Part shown: piece by piece, positions 1-11,769 of the stretch
Position numbering within the stretch: the first letter of the stretch is position 1
How the letters are laid out: each line of letters opens with the position of its first letter
From: Octopus bimaculoides
Lineage: Eukaryota
DNA length: 64,000 nt
Assembly (NCBI RefSeq): GCF_001194135.2
Contig: NC_069003.1
Coordinates: 5,087,963 to 5,151,962 of the forward strand
Reading direction: 5' to 3'
Made by a program: the position numbers and the translations under genes
The notes under the pieces: generated by a model
What the model saw: only the letters and a program-made list of their open reading frames with translations
The model's database searches: none
Told to the model about the DNA's origin: nothing

Positions 1-71
1 AATTATGTGTATTTCTTCTATCTTATAAAGTATGCAATTATAACATGCGTTTTCTCCAATCCTTAAATTCT

Positions 72-104
<33 letters not shown>

Positions 105-250
105 TCAAAGGGCATGCTAAGTATGTCTAAGTATGTCTACCGCACAGATATATACACACATATTTATACACATGTATAAATACATATATGTGTTTATGTA
201 TGAAAATACACATACGTATAAATGTGGGGGGGTGTCTCAGTGTGTGTGCC

Positions 251-288
<38 letters not shown>

Positions 289-683
289 CACGCACTCATG
301 AGAGGACAGCAGGGTTTCGAGTTGAATAACCCTTGATGCCTATTGAGCGTGAATGACTTCAGGAAAAGATTTGCAAGGAATTGTTTAGAAAGCGACATCT
401 TGACAATAGGGATTGCCTGGAGGGTTCTCTTGCACATTTCATTGGAGAACCTTTAAAAAGGGACCTTTGCCTTAAAATAACAGTCTCGAGGAGTTCGTAA
501 TTAGGTCCCCTCTTGATGAACACAATCAGAACAAGCGCCCTTACATAAGGTTTAGTTTCGGATGAGGAGGTAAAGAAGGAAGAGAGGGAGACTCTTATAT
601 TAGAATGATTATTGAACCAGCCAATTAGCCAAACAACGACTACGGGACCACCAGCAGCAGCAGCAGCAGCAGCAGTAGTCATA

Positions 684-836
684 CTGGTTTCAAATTTTGC
701 ACAAGTACAGCAATATCGTGGAAGGAGAGCTAAAGTCGATTATATCGACTCCAGTACTTTACTGGTACTTATTTTATCGACCCTGCGAGGACGGAAAGTA
801 AAGTCAAAACCCGGCGAAAATCGAACTCAGAACGTA
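684..836 (-). mobile_element. SINE-A (tRNA-like SINE), degenerate 5'-truncated copy
   Basis: Aligns by eye with the adjacent copy and with 13555-13767 (gtcgattatatcgac...ctggtacttattttatcgacc...gaactcagaacgta). Confidence 0.8.
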
Positions 837-1056
837 ATCTTTTCTACCCTAGGCACAAGGCCCGAAATTTTTGTCGAGGGAGCCAGTCGATTAGATCGAC
901 CTCAGTACTGCAACTGGTACTTAATTTATAGACCCCCCGAAAGGATGAAAGGCAAAGTCGACCTCGGCATAATTTGAAATCAGATCGTAAAGACAGACGA
1001 AATACCGCTAAGCATTTCGCCCTGCGTGCTAACGACACTGTCAGCTCGCCGCCTTC
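837..1056 (-). mobile_element. SINE-A, near full-length
   Basis: The minus strand reads ggcggcgagctgacagtgtcgttagcacgcagggcgaaatgcttagcggtatttcg. It has A-box-like and B-box-like motifs (B box gagttcaaattcc in better copies) and recurs more than 15 times in the window. Confidence 0.9.
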
Positions 1057-1987
1057 GTATATATATATATATATATATATATATATNNNNNNNNNNNNNN
1101 NNNNNNNNNNNNNNNNNNNNNNNNNNNNNNNNNNNNNNNNNNNNNNNNNNNNNNNNNNNNNNNNNNNNNNNNNNNNNNNNNNNNNNNNNNNNNNNNNNNN
1201 NNNNNNNNNNNNNNNNNNNNNNNNNNNNNNNNNNNNNNNNNNNNNNNNNNNNNNNNNNNNNNNNNNNNNNNNNNNNNNNNNNNNNNNNNNNNNNNNNNNN
1301 NNNNNNNNNNNNNNNNNNNNNNNNNNNNNNNNNNNNNNNNNNNNNNNNNNNNNNNNNNNNNNNNNNNNNNNNNNNNNNNNNNNNNNNNNNNNNNNNNNNN
1401 NNNNNNNNNNNNNNNNNNNNNNNNNNNNNNNNNNNNNNNNNNNNNNNNNNNNNNNNNNNNNNNNNNNNNNNNNNNNNNNNNNNNNNNNNNNNNNNNNNNN
1501 NNNNNNNNNNNNNNNNNNNNNNNNNNNNNNNNNNNNNNNNNNNNNNNNNNNNNNNNNNNNNNNNNNNNNNNNNNNNNNNNNNNNNNNNNNNNNNNNNNNN
1601 NNNNNNNNNNNNNNNNNNNNNNNNNNNNNNNNNNNNNNNNNNNNNNNNNNNNNNNNNNNNNNNNNNNNNNNNNNNNNNNNNNNNNNNNNNNNNNNNNNNN
1701 NNNNNNNNNNNNNNNNNNNNNNNNNNNNNNNNNNNNNNNNNNNNNNNNNNNNNNNNNNNNNNNNNNNNNNNNNNNNNNNNNNNNNNNNNNNNNNNNNNNN
1801 NNNNNNNNNNNNNNNNNNNNNNNNNNNNNNNNNNNNNNNNNNNNNNNNNNNNNNNNNNAATATATATATGTATATATATCTGGAAATCTATGTTGCGTTT
1901 CCTAATAGGGTTTACTTTACAAGTCAAATTTATATGTCTTCGTATTTGTGTAAGTAAATGTAAGTATACTGTATGTGTATATATATC

Positions 1988-2065
<78 letters not shown>

Positions 2066-2344
2066 CCCGCTCACACACTCTCACATCCAGATGTATACAC
2101 ATCCACACGAGCACACATGTATATACTCACACACAAGTACGTATTTCAATACGTGCGTCAACAGAACGCGCACATATAAGCACATAAGCATGCATGCTCA
2201 CATACATACGAACACAAACACACGAACGAGAAAGAGAGAGAGAAAGAAGAGAAAAGAGAGAGAGAGAGAGAGAGAGACGTACCAGCTTATATACGTCACA
2301 CTAAGGGTTTTCTCTCCATTGTATATCGGCGTTCGAGCAGAAAC

Positions 2345-2383
<39 letters not shown>

Positions 2384-2450
2384 GAGGAAAAAGTAAAAGA
2401 CAGAAAAAGGAAAGAATGAAAGAGAGAGACAGACAGATATAGAGATGGTA

Positions 2451-2508
<58 letters not shown>

Positions 2509-3281
2509 NNNNNNNNNNNNNNNNNNNNNNNNNNNNNNNNNNNNNNNNNNNNNNNNNNNNNNNNNNNNNNNNNNNNNNNNNNNNNNNNNNNNNNNNNNNN
2601 NNNNNNNNNNNNNNNNNNNNNNNNNNNNNNNNNNNNNNNNNNNNNNNNNNNNNNNNNNNNNNNNNNNNNNNNNNNNNNNNNNNNNNNNNNNNNNNNNNNN
2701 NNNNNNNNNNNNNNNNNNNNNNNNNNNNNNNNNNNNNNNNNNNNNNNNNNNNNNNNNNNNNNNNNNNNNNNNNNNNNNNNNNNNNNNNNNNNNNNNNNNN
2801 NNNNNNNNNNNNNNNNNNNNNNNNNNNNNNNNNNNNNNNNNNNNNNNNNNNNNNNNNNNNNNNNNNNNNNNNNNNNNNNNNNNNNNNNNNNNNNNNNNNN
2901 NNNNNNNNNNNNNNNNNNNNNNNNNNNNNNNNNNNNNNNNNNNNNNNNNNNNNNNNNNNNNNNNNNNNNNNNNNNNNNNNNNNNNNNNNNNNNNNNNNNN
3001 NNNNNNNNNNNNNNNNNNNNNNNNNNNNNNNNNNNNNTATATAGAGAGAGAGAGAGAGAGAGATAGCGGGAGAGTGAGAGAGAGAGAGAGTGTGTGAGAG
3101 AGAGAGAGTGTGTGAGAGAGAGAGAGTGTGTGAGAGAGAGAGAGTGTGTGAGAGAGAGAGAGTGAGCACGTGTGTGTATGTGTGCGTATGTGTATGAAAG
3201 AAAAGAACATGATAAAGAACAAAATGACAGAAAAAGCTACCGATCTGTTTATTAAGCTATCTTTTTTTCTATCTAACCATC

Positions 3282-3350
<69 letters not shown>

Positions 3351-3626
3351 CGTCCACATTTATATGAGTTTTTGCATAATCTACATACATTTAAGCACTC
3401 AAACATTTACATATACAAACGGACACACAAACACAATGCACAAGCCCAATTCTGTTGGGATTCACAAAACAGTGTGTACGGGGGTAGATACAATGCTAAG
3501 GGTCAGATCAGGGTAATATCATTATATAGGGACACCTACTTACAGGTAAATGGGTATCACTGCTCATTTTCTGAACATTAAAATACTCTCAAATATAATA
3601 TGCAATTGTTGGTAAAACCGAAGCAA

Positions 3627-3641
3627 AGCGCCACCTGGTTC
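3627..3641 (-). promoter_or_regulatory. CTCF-like site
   Basis: The minus strand reads GAACCAGGTGGCGCT, matching the CTCF core CCASYAGRKGGCRS at 12 of 14 positions, in unique sequence. Confidence 0.4.
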
Positions 3642-4117
3642 ACGCATCATCCCCCATTAGCTGTTCGTTGCTTCATTTGACCAGAACATACGCAGACGAC
3701 ATTGCTTCAAGCTTCTTCTTTTCTCTTTTTTTTTTTCTTTTTTGACTTTTCCTTTTTCTTCTCCTCTTCGGGTGGCCTTCATTTCCGCCTCCTCTTCCTT
3801 CTTCTCCAGCATTTTTTCTATTTTTCCTTTTCTTTTTCTTCTCCTTCTTCAACTCTTTTATTTTCTTTCTTTCTTTCTTTCTTCTCCGCCTTCTTTTTCC
3901 TTCTTTTCTTCTTCCTTTACCGTCTTATTCGTTTTCCGTCTTGTTTTTCTTCTTTCTTCCGTTCCACTTCTCTTTTCTCTTTATTTGGCCCTTCCTTTCT
4001 TTCATTTTCTTGTTGTTGTTGTTGCTGTTGTTGTTGTTGTTGTTGCTGTTGTTGTCATTCTTCTTCTTCTTCTCCTCCTCCTCTTTTTTTATAAGAATGA
4101 TAATTATGAAGAGGATT

Positions 4118-4150
<33 letters not shown>

Positions 4151-4151
4151 G

Positions 4152-4203
<52 letters not shown>

Positions 4204-4284
4204 CATTATTATTCCAAAGAGGGATGAACCAATACTTGGGTAAGTGAACAGGAGCAAGGGTTAAGAATTTATTCAGAGGGGATA

Positions 4285-4440
4285 AATATGGCGCCGTTTC
4301 TTTACGGCAGCTGTGTACAACGTCGCAATCAAATTAACAGATCGGTGGACTCTAACCAAAATACCCGAAACTAAAATAAAGTTAAACCGGATGGAGGCGT
4401 TGTTTCGTCCCCTAACCACGCCTCGTGAACTTCCGGTTGT
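4285..4440. promoter_or_regulatory. CpG-containing promoter-like patch (YY1-like and ETS motifs)
   Basis: AATATGGCGCC at 4285-4295 and ACTTCCGG (ETS, CCGGAAGT on the minus strand) near 4429-4436, within non-repetitive sequence. Confidence 0.3.
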
Positions 4441-4599
4441 GATTAGTTTTATATTTTTATGTCTTCACCACCAAGAAATTTTTATCGTACCTAATTGGGC
4501 CCTACACCACCTCACTTTATTCCAAGTACCGTAGTTCGCTGCAGCACAGAACAGCTCGCCACAGCCCACACTTGCACGCCTCAGATCGCCTTAATTCAC

Positions 4600-5350
4600 T
4601 CCAAGACAACCTCAATCCACAGCAGCCATAGCCCATCCCAAATCATACTAGCCCACTTCAGTCTTTCGAGCCAACGTCAGCCCTTCTCAGCCAATTTCAA
4701 CCCATTCCAGGTTACCCCAGCTCACTTCAGCCCATCCCAGCACAACTCGGCCCACCTCAGCTCACAACGGCTCACCTCAGGCACCCTTGCTTACCTCAGT
4801 TCTCTCCAACCAGCTTTATTCAATCTCAACCTACCTCAGCCCACTAGCATAGCTATAGTGTGTACCGCCACAGGCGGTCCTTCTGTTTGCCGTCCCCGGA
4901 CCCCACAAAAATCACATATTGCTTACAGCAGACCCAAAAGTGCCGCCCGGGGCTGATCGCCGCTACGGCCCTCCTCCTAGCTGTGCTAGTGTCCAGCCGA
5001 TCTCAGTCCACCATAGCTCTTCCCAGCTAATCTCAGCCCCGCCAAACTCATTTCCAGCCAAACTCATTCCACGCCAGTCTACCCCAACTCACCGCAGCCC
5101 ACAAAAGAGCAACTCAGCTCATCTCATCCGAGCCTGGCTCATTTTAGCCCACATCAATCCACCTCAGCTTACCCTCCGCCCTCAACTTCAGCCCACACAA
5201 GACTCACCCCAGCCATTCTCAGCCAACTTCAGCTCACTCCTATCCATTTCAGCTTACCCCAGACTATTTTAACTCACCTCTGACCCCTCCGGCCTACCTA
5301 CCTCTACTCCACCAACCTCAACTTCCTCTGCCCATCTCAGATTTTCTCAG
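4600..5350 (+). repeat. Degenerate 10-bp-period minisatellite (consensus ~CAGCYCAYYT), two blocks
   Basis: Units such as cagcccactt, cagcccttct, cagccaattt, cagctcactt, cagcccatcc and cagctcacaa occur in phase. The array is interrupted by a GC-rich spacer at ~4850-4985. Confidence 0.75.
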
Positions 5351-5494
5351 CTCTTTCTAAAATATTCCTCCTATAGACGTATCTACTGATAAGAGAGCCT
5401 CTGTGTGTGTGTATTTGTGTGCGTGCATGTGCGCGCATGTGCGTGCATGTGCGTGAATGCGCGTATGTGCACGTGTATGTGTATGTGTCTGGCT

Positions 5495-5695
5495 ATGTGT
5501 GTCTGTGTTTGTGCTGGTACCTGACAACTGCTTTACACCTGGTGTTGGTTTGTTTATGTCCCAGTGAATTAGCGGTTCGGCAAAGGATTCCGGTAGGATA
5601 AGTACCGGGCCTATAAGTCGATTTGCTCAACTAAACTCTTCCAGCGGGTGCTCCAGAACGGCCGCAACCCAATCACTGAAACAAGTAAAAGAATA
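5495..5695 (+). mobile_element. SINE-B, 3' half
   Basis: tgacaactg...ttagcggttcggcaaa...ataagtacc...gtcgatttgctc...actgaaacaagtaaaaga matches 11250-11425. Confidence 0.8.
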
Positions 5696-5719
5696 ACAGC
5701 CTAAAAGAATATATATGAA

Positions 5720-5759
<40 letters not shown>

Positions 5760-6619
5760 AGTAGGTTCGTGGTTTATAGGTATATGTGTGAGTTCGTGTG
5801 TGTGTAGGTGCGTGAGAGTGTGTGATTTGCTTTATGTGTTTGTATGTAACTGTGTACGTGTTTATACATGTGTTTTCGGATGCGTGTATCCTTATCAGAA
5901 GCCATGTTTTGTTTCTTCCGTATGCATGCATAGCTGTGCATTCACGCGAATGTATATACATGGAAGCATGCATGTGTAAATAAATAAATAAATAAATAAA
6001 TAAATGTGTNNNNNNNNNNNNNNNNNNNNNNNNNNNNNNNNNNNNNNNNNNNNNNNNNNNNNNNNNNNNNNNNNNNNNNNNNNNNNNNNNNNNNNNNNNN
6101 NNNNNNNNNNNNNNNNNNNNNNNNNNNNNNNNNNNNNNNNNNNNNNNNNNNNNNNNNNNNNNNNNNNNNNNNNNNNNNNNNNNNNNNNNNNNNNNNNNNN
6201 NNNNNNNNNNNNNNNNNNNNNNNNNNNNNNNNNNNNNNNNNNNNNNNNNNNNNNNNNNNNNNNNNNNNNNNNNNNNNNNNNNNNNNNNNNNNNNNNNNNN
6301 NNNNNNNNNNNNNNNNNNNNNNNNNNNNNNNNNNNNNNNNNNNNNNNNNNNNNNNNNNNNNNNNNNNNNNNNNNNNNNNNNNNNNNNNNNNNNNNNNNNN
6401 NNNNNNNNNNNNNNNNNNNNNNNNNNNNNNNNNNNNNNNNNNNNNNNNNNNNNNNNNNNNNNNNNNNNNNNNNNNNNNNNNNNNNNNNNNNNNNNNNNNN
6501 NNNNNNNNNNNNNNNNNNNNNNNNNNNNNNNNNNNNNNNNNNNNNNNNNNNNNNNNNNNNNNNNNNNNNNNNNNNNNNNNNNNNNNNNNNNNNNNNNNNN
6601 NNNNNNNNNNNNNNNNNNN

Positions 6620-6650
<31 letters not shown>

Positions 6651-6877
6651 TTATTTCACTTGGCTTGTTGGTTCTTTTATTCGTTTATTTATTTCTGTAT
6701 TTGTTTATTTATCGGAGCATTTAAAGCATCGCTTCACAGACAAGAATTTATCACACAGCCTGATAAATTCGATATGTTATACCATTTGACGTCTAATAAA
6801 ATATAGCTTCTCCGACTAAATATCTGGGGTACAGTTAGGATTGTGTGTTGTTATACACACTACGTAAAAAGATAGAC

Positions 6878-7205
<328 letters not shown>

Positions 7206-7348
7206 ATCGTGTTAGGAGGAGGAGGAGGAGAAGAAGGAGAAGGAGAAGGTGGAGAAGGTGGAGGAGGTGGAAGAGGAGGAGGAGGATATGGAGCAGAAGG
7301 AGGAGGAGTGACAGGGGTAGCAGCATTAGGTGATAATAATAATAATAA

Positions 7349-7379
<31 letters not shown>

Positions 7380-8919
7380 AAGAAGGAAAGAAAGAAAGGA
7401 AAAAAGAAACAAACAAACAAACAAACAAAGGAAAAAACAAACAAACAAACAAACAAACAAACAAACAAACAAACAAATAAAGAAAGGCGAGGAGATGAAA
7501 ATGCAAACCAAACTAGATTTCTCTCTCTCGCTTTCTCTCTCTCCTCGCCCTCTCTCTCACTCACTCCCCCTCCCCCTCTCTACTTCTTTCTAATATCATA
7601 AATATTTACTCCTTGATATTCGATTACGTCCATCAGTGTCAGCCGTATCTCCGTTCTCTGCCGACGATTTACACCGATTTTTCTTATTAGGCAGGGACAC
7701 ACCTGCAGACATGTTTCGACATCGTTCCAGCTCATCACTCAAACCTTCTCTCCATATACACACTCACCATGCACACACACATCACCACCACCACCACCAC
7801 CACCACTACCACCACCACACGCATATATATCTATATAATATAACATATTATAGCATTATATATTATGCATGCATATATATTCAGTGATGTGTTCTCAATA
7901 AATTTTTTACTCTTATCTCAGTATAGGATCAGACCATCAATAAATGTATCGTTGTCATTCTTAAATTTGCTAATAATGTTTTATACATAAATACATATAT
8001 ATATAAATACATATATATATNNNNNNNNNNNNNNNNNNNNNNNNNNNNNNNNNNNNNNNNNNNNNNNNNNNNNNNNNNNNNNNNNNNNNNNNNNNNNNNN
8101 NNNNNNNNNNNNNNNNNNNNNNNNNNNNNNNNNNNNNNNNNNNNNNNNNNNNNNNNNNNNNNNNNNNNNNNNNNNNNNNNNNNNNNNNNNNNNNNNNNNN
8201 NNNNNNNNNNNNNNNNNNNNNNNNNNNNNNNNNNNNNNNNNNNNNNNNNNNNNNNNNNNNNNNNNNNNNNNNNNNNNNNNNNNNNNNNNNNNNNNNNNNN
8301 NNNNNNNNNNNNNNNNNNNNNNNNNNNNNNNNNNNNNNNNNNNNNNNNNNNNNNNNNNNNNNNNNNNNNNNNNNNNNNNNNNNNNNNNNNNNNNNNNNNN
8401 NNNNNNNNNNNNNNNNNNNNNNNNNNNNNNNNNNNNNNNNNNNNNNNNNNNNNNNNNNNNNNNNNNNNNNNNNNNNNNNNNNNNNNNNNNNNNNNNNNNN
8501 NNNNNNNNNNNNNNNNNNNNNNNNNNNNNNNNNNNNNNNNNNNNNNNNNNNNNNNNNNNNNNNNNNNNNNNNNNNNNNNNNNNNNNNNNNNNNNNNNNNN
8601 NNNNNNNNNNNNNNNNNNNNNNNNNNNNNNNNNNNNNNNNNNNNNNNNNNNNNNNNNNNNNNNNNNNNNNNNNNNNNNNNNNNNNNNNNNNNNNNNNNNN
8701 NNNNNNNNNNNNNNNNNNNNNNNNNNNNNNNNNNNNNNNNNNNNNNNNNNNNNNNNNNNNNNNNNNNNNNNNNNNNNNNNNNNNNNNNNNNNNNNNNNNN
8801 NNNNNNNNNNNNNNNNNNNNNNNNNNNNNNNNNNNNNNNNNNNNNNNNNNNNNNNNNNNNNNNNNNNNNNNNNNNNNNNNNNNNNNNNNNNNNNNNNNNN
8901 NNNNNNNNNNNNNNNNNNN

Positions 8920-8967
8920 AGGACGTGATTTGGGAGAGATTTCGCTGCTATTTCTACGAGGTCGAGA
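8920..8967 (+). repeat. Dispersed repeat D (probable SINE 3' end), fragment
   Basis: gtgatttgggagagatttcgctgctatttcta recurs in degenerate form at ~15380-15415, 31595-31628, 58105-58140 and 58433-58467. Confidence 0.6.
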
Positions 8968-9224
8968 CACCATGGTGAGACTCCTCCGGATCAAACAGAG
9001 TTGTAAACGACCCCTGCGGGCAGATCTATACAATGACCCAGTTTCGATTCCCTATTGGGGATATTACGCTTCAGTAACGCCACGTGCCTGCTTCGTGTTC
9101 GGCCATAGTGAAATATCATGGTGAGAAGCGAAAGGTCACGGTTGACTAACTTCTTCCTAAGATTTGTTGTTGTTGTTGTCGTTATTGTCGTCTTCATTCT
9201 TCAGCCGCAGCCTTCTTCTCCTTG

Positions 9225-9420
9225 CTTCAGTCATTAGACTGTGGCCATGCTGGGGCATCGCCTTGAAGAATTTTTAGTCGAATGAATCTATACCTGTGCG
9301 TATTTTCTTTTTAAGCCTGCTACTTATTCTATCGATGTCTCTTGCCGAGCCGCTGAGGTTACGGGAACGTAAACATACCAACACCGGCTGTCAAGCGGTT
9401 GTGGGAGAGAAACACAAGCA
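9225..9420 (-). mobile_element. SINE-B, 3' half
   Basis: Reverse complement of the 11250-11425 body (cttcagtcatt...tgtggccatgctgg...tacttattct...gccgagccgct...ctgtcaagcg). Confidence 0.85.
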
Positions 9421-9508
9421 CAGACATATAAATACCCACCCACACACACACACATATACATACATACATACATACATGCATACATACCTACATACATACA
9501 CACACACA

Positions 9509-9542
<34 letters not shown>

Positions 9543-9631
9543 CATACATACATATATACATACATACATACATACATACATACATAGACACACACACACA
9601 TTCATGCATGCATGCATATATACATACATAC

Positions 9632-9663
<32 letters not shown>

Positions 9664-11147
9664 GGACAGACAGACAGACAGACAGACAGACAGAAGGACG
9701 GACGGACGGACGGACGGACGGATGGATGGATGGATGGATGGACGGATACGTATATAGAAAGATATATTGACAAATTGGGAAACAAGTATGAAAAACGGTA
9801 GAGAGGTAAAGCGGAGTGATATACAAGAACTGATGATGTCACTCGTGACGTCACAACTCTTTATAGGCTGACACTTTCTAAATGGCGCGTTATTGCGCGG
9901 TCGATGAGGAACTACGCTGCGAATTCCCACTCCTTCTGTTTACATGGACACCGTGTTTGTGCGAAACACTTCCCTGCTTGTCTGCGAGCGTTCCCACAGG
10001 ACCGGACAGGGGCCAACTGCAATGTTATCCTAGGATGCAGTTCATTACATGTTGGAGAGTAACACGAGGTAATGGGGACTGGTGGCGTGGTGGTAGTGGT
10101 GGTGGTGGTGGTGNNNNNNNNNNNNNNNNNNNNNNNNNNNNNNNNNNNNNNNNNNNNNNNNNNNNNNNNNNNNNNNNNNNNNNNNNNNNNNNNNNNNNNN
10201 NNNNNNNNNNNNNNNNNNNNNNNNNNNNNNNNNNNNNNNNNNNNNNNNNNNNNNNNNNNNNNNNNNNNNNNNNNNNNNNNNNNNNNNNNNNNNNNNNNNN
10301 NNNNNNNNNNNNNNNNNNNNNNNNNNNNNNNNNNNNNNNNNNNNNNNNNNNNNNNNNNNNNNNNNNNNNNNNNNNNNNNNNNNNNNNNNNNNNNNNNNNN
10401 NNNNNNNNNNNNNNNNNNNNNNNNNNNNNNNNNNNNNNNNNNNNNNNNNNNNNNNNNNNNNNNNNNNNNNNNNNNNNNNNNNNNNNNNNNNNNNNNNNNN
10501 NNNNNNNNNNNNNNNNNNNNNNNNNNNNNNNNNNNNNNNNNNNNNNNNNNNNNNNNNNNNNNNNNNNNNNNNNNNNNNNNNNNNNNNNNNNNNNNNNNNN
10601 NNNNNNNNNNNNNNNNNNNNNNNNNNNNNNNNNNNNNNNNNNNNNNNNNNNNNNNNNNNNNNNNNNNNNNNNNNNNNNNNNNNNNNNNNNNNNNNNNNNN
10701 NNNNNNNNNNNNNNNNNNNNNNNNNNNNNNNNNNNNNNNNNNNNNNNNNNNNNNNNNNNNNNNNNNNNNNNNNNNNNNNNNNNNNNNNNNNNNNNNNNNN
10801 NNNNNNNNNNNNNNNNNNNNNNNNNNNNNNNNNNNNNNNNNNNNNNNNNNNNNNNNNNNNNNNNNNNNNNNNNNNNNNNNNNNNNNNNNNNNNNNNNNNN
10901 NNNNNNNNNNNNNNNNNNNNNNNNNNNNNNNNNNNNNNNNNNNNNNNNNNATATATATAGTCAATCCAAACAAGAACAAGCAAGAAAAAACAGCAACGCG
11001 AGGACGTGGAATAAGTACAGTGTTATTGGACGCTCAGGAAAGGAAAGAAAAGAAAGAGGATCTTACGCTTCGAGCGGAGCTCTTCATCAGAAGTATAGAA
11101 AAAGTCCAAAGAAGGGAAGACGGAGAAAGAAAATCGCGAGAGTGGAT

Positions 11148-11430
11148 TGTGAGTGGATTTGGTAGACGGAAACTGAAAGAAGCCCTTAGTGTATGTGTAT
11201 GTGTGTGTGCTTGGGGGTCTGTGTTTGCCCCCCCCCCACTCACCAAACATCGCTTGACAACTGATGCTGGTGTGTTTACGCCTCCATAATTTAGCGGCTC
11301 GGCAAAAGAGCGAGAGAATAAGTACTAGGCTTACAAAGAATTAGCCCTGGGGTCATTTTGCTCGACCAAAGGTGGTACTCCAGCGTGGATGAAGTCAAAT
11401 GACTGAAACAAGTAAAAGACTAAAAGAATA
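11148..11430 (+). mobile_element. SINE-B, 5'-truncated, with internal (TG)n
   Basis: gtgagtggatttggtagacggaaactgaaagaagccc, then a (TG) tract, then cgcttgacaac...tgactgaaacaagtaaaaga. It joins the head-type segment seen at 16956-17100 to the tail seen at 5495 and 9225. Confidence 0.9.
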
Positions 11431-11469
11431 TTCAAAGAGCATTCTCGAACTTTTTGAACATTTTACAGA

Positions 11470-11755
11470 AAAGACATTTATTAATTTCAAAGAAATACAA
11501 AACTCCTTCAAAGTACGATCGTCTAACTTCAATGCCTTGTAGTGCTCCATCCACTTCGTGCAGTCCCTATGGAAGTTCTTCAAAGTGAAGATATCCAGGA
11601 TCCTCATCTGTCACAGTCTTCTTCATCTTCAAAACGACTGCCCCTGAGATTCCCCTTCATCTTGAGAGAACAACCAAAAGCCACAAGGGACAAGGTCGAA
11701 CTGTAAGGACTGTGGGACAGTATTTGTTTCCCCCATCTCTGTCAAGGAGCTAGTT
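11470..11755 (-). pseudogene. Mariner transposase relic, C-terminal part
   Basis: The frameshifted minus-strand translation gives PYS.(D)L.P.(D)FWLF...NLRGSRFEDEE...ILDIFTLKNFHRDCTKWMEHYK...FEG, the mariner YSPDLAPCDF-to-YFEG region. Confidence 0.85.
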
Positions 11756-11769
11756 TATGAGAATGTTTG

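Noticed and set aside
3689-3706. YADDIA reverse-transcriptase-like motif (tacgcagacgacattgct)
   Set aside because: The flanking residues show no RT homology. It is better explained as a variant of the recurrent GCAGACGACA motif or as chance.
8964-9020. U1 snRNA-like words (gagacaccatg, ctccggat, gacccctgcg)
   Set aside because: The order matches but the spacings (9 and 17 nt) disagree with U1 (~42 and 5 nt). There is no 5' ATACTTACCTG and no Sm site.
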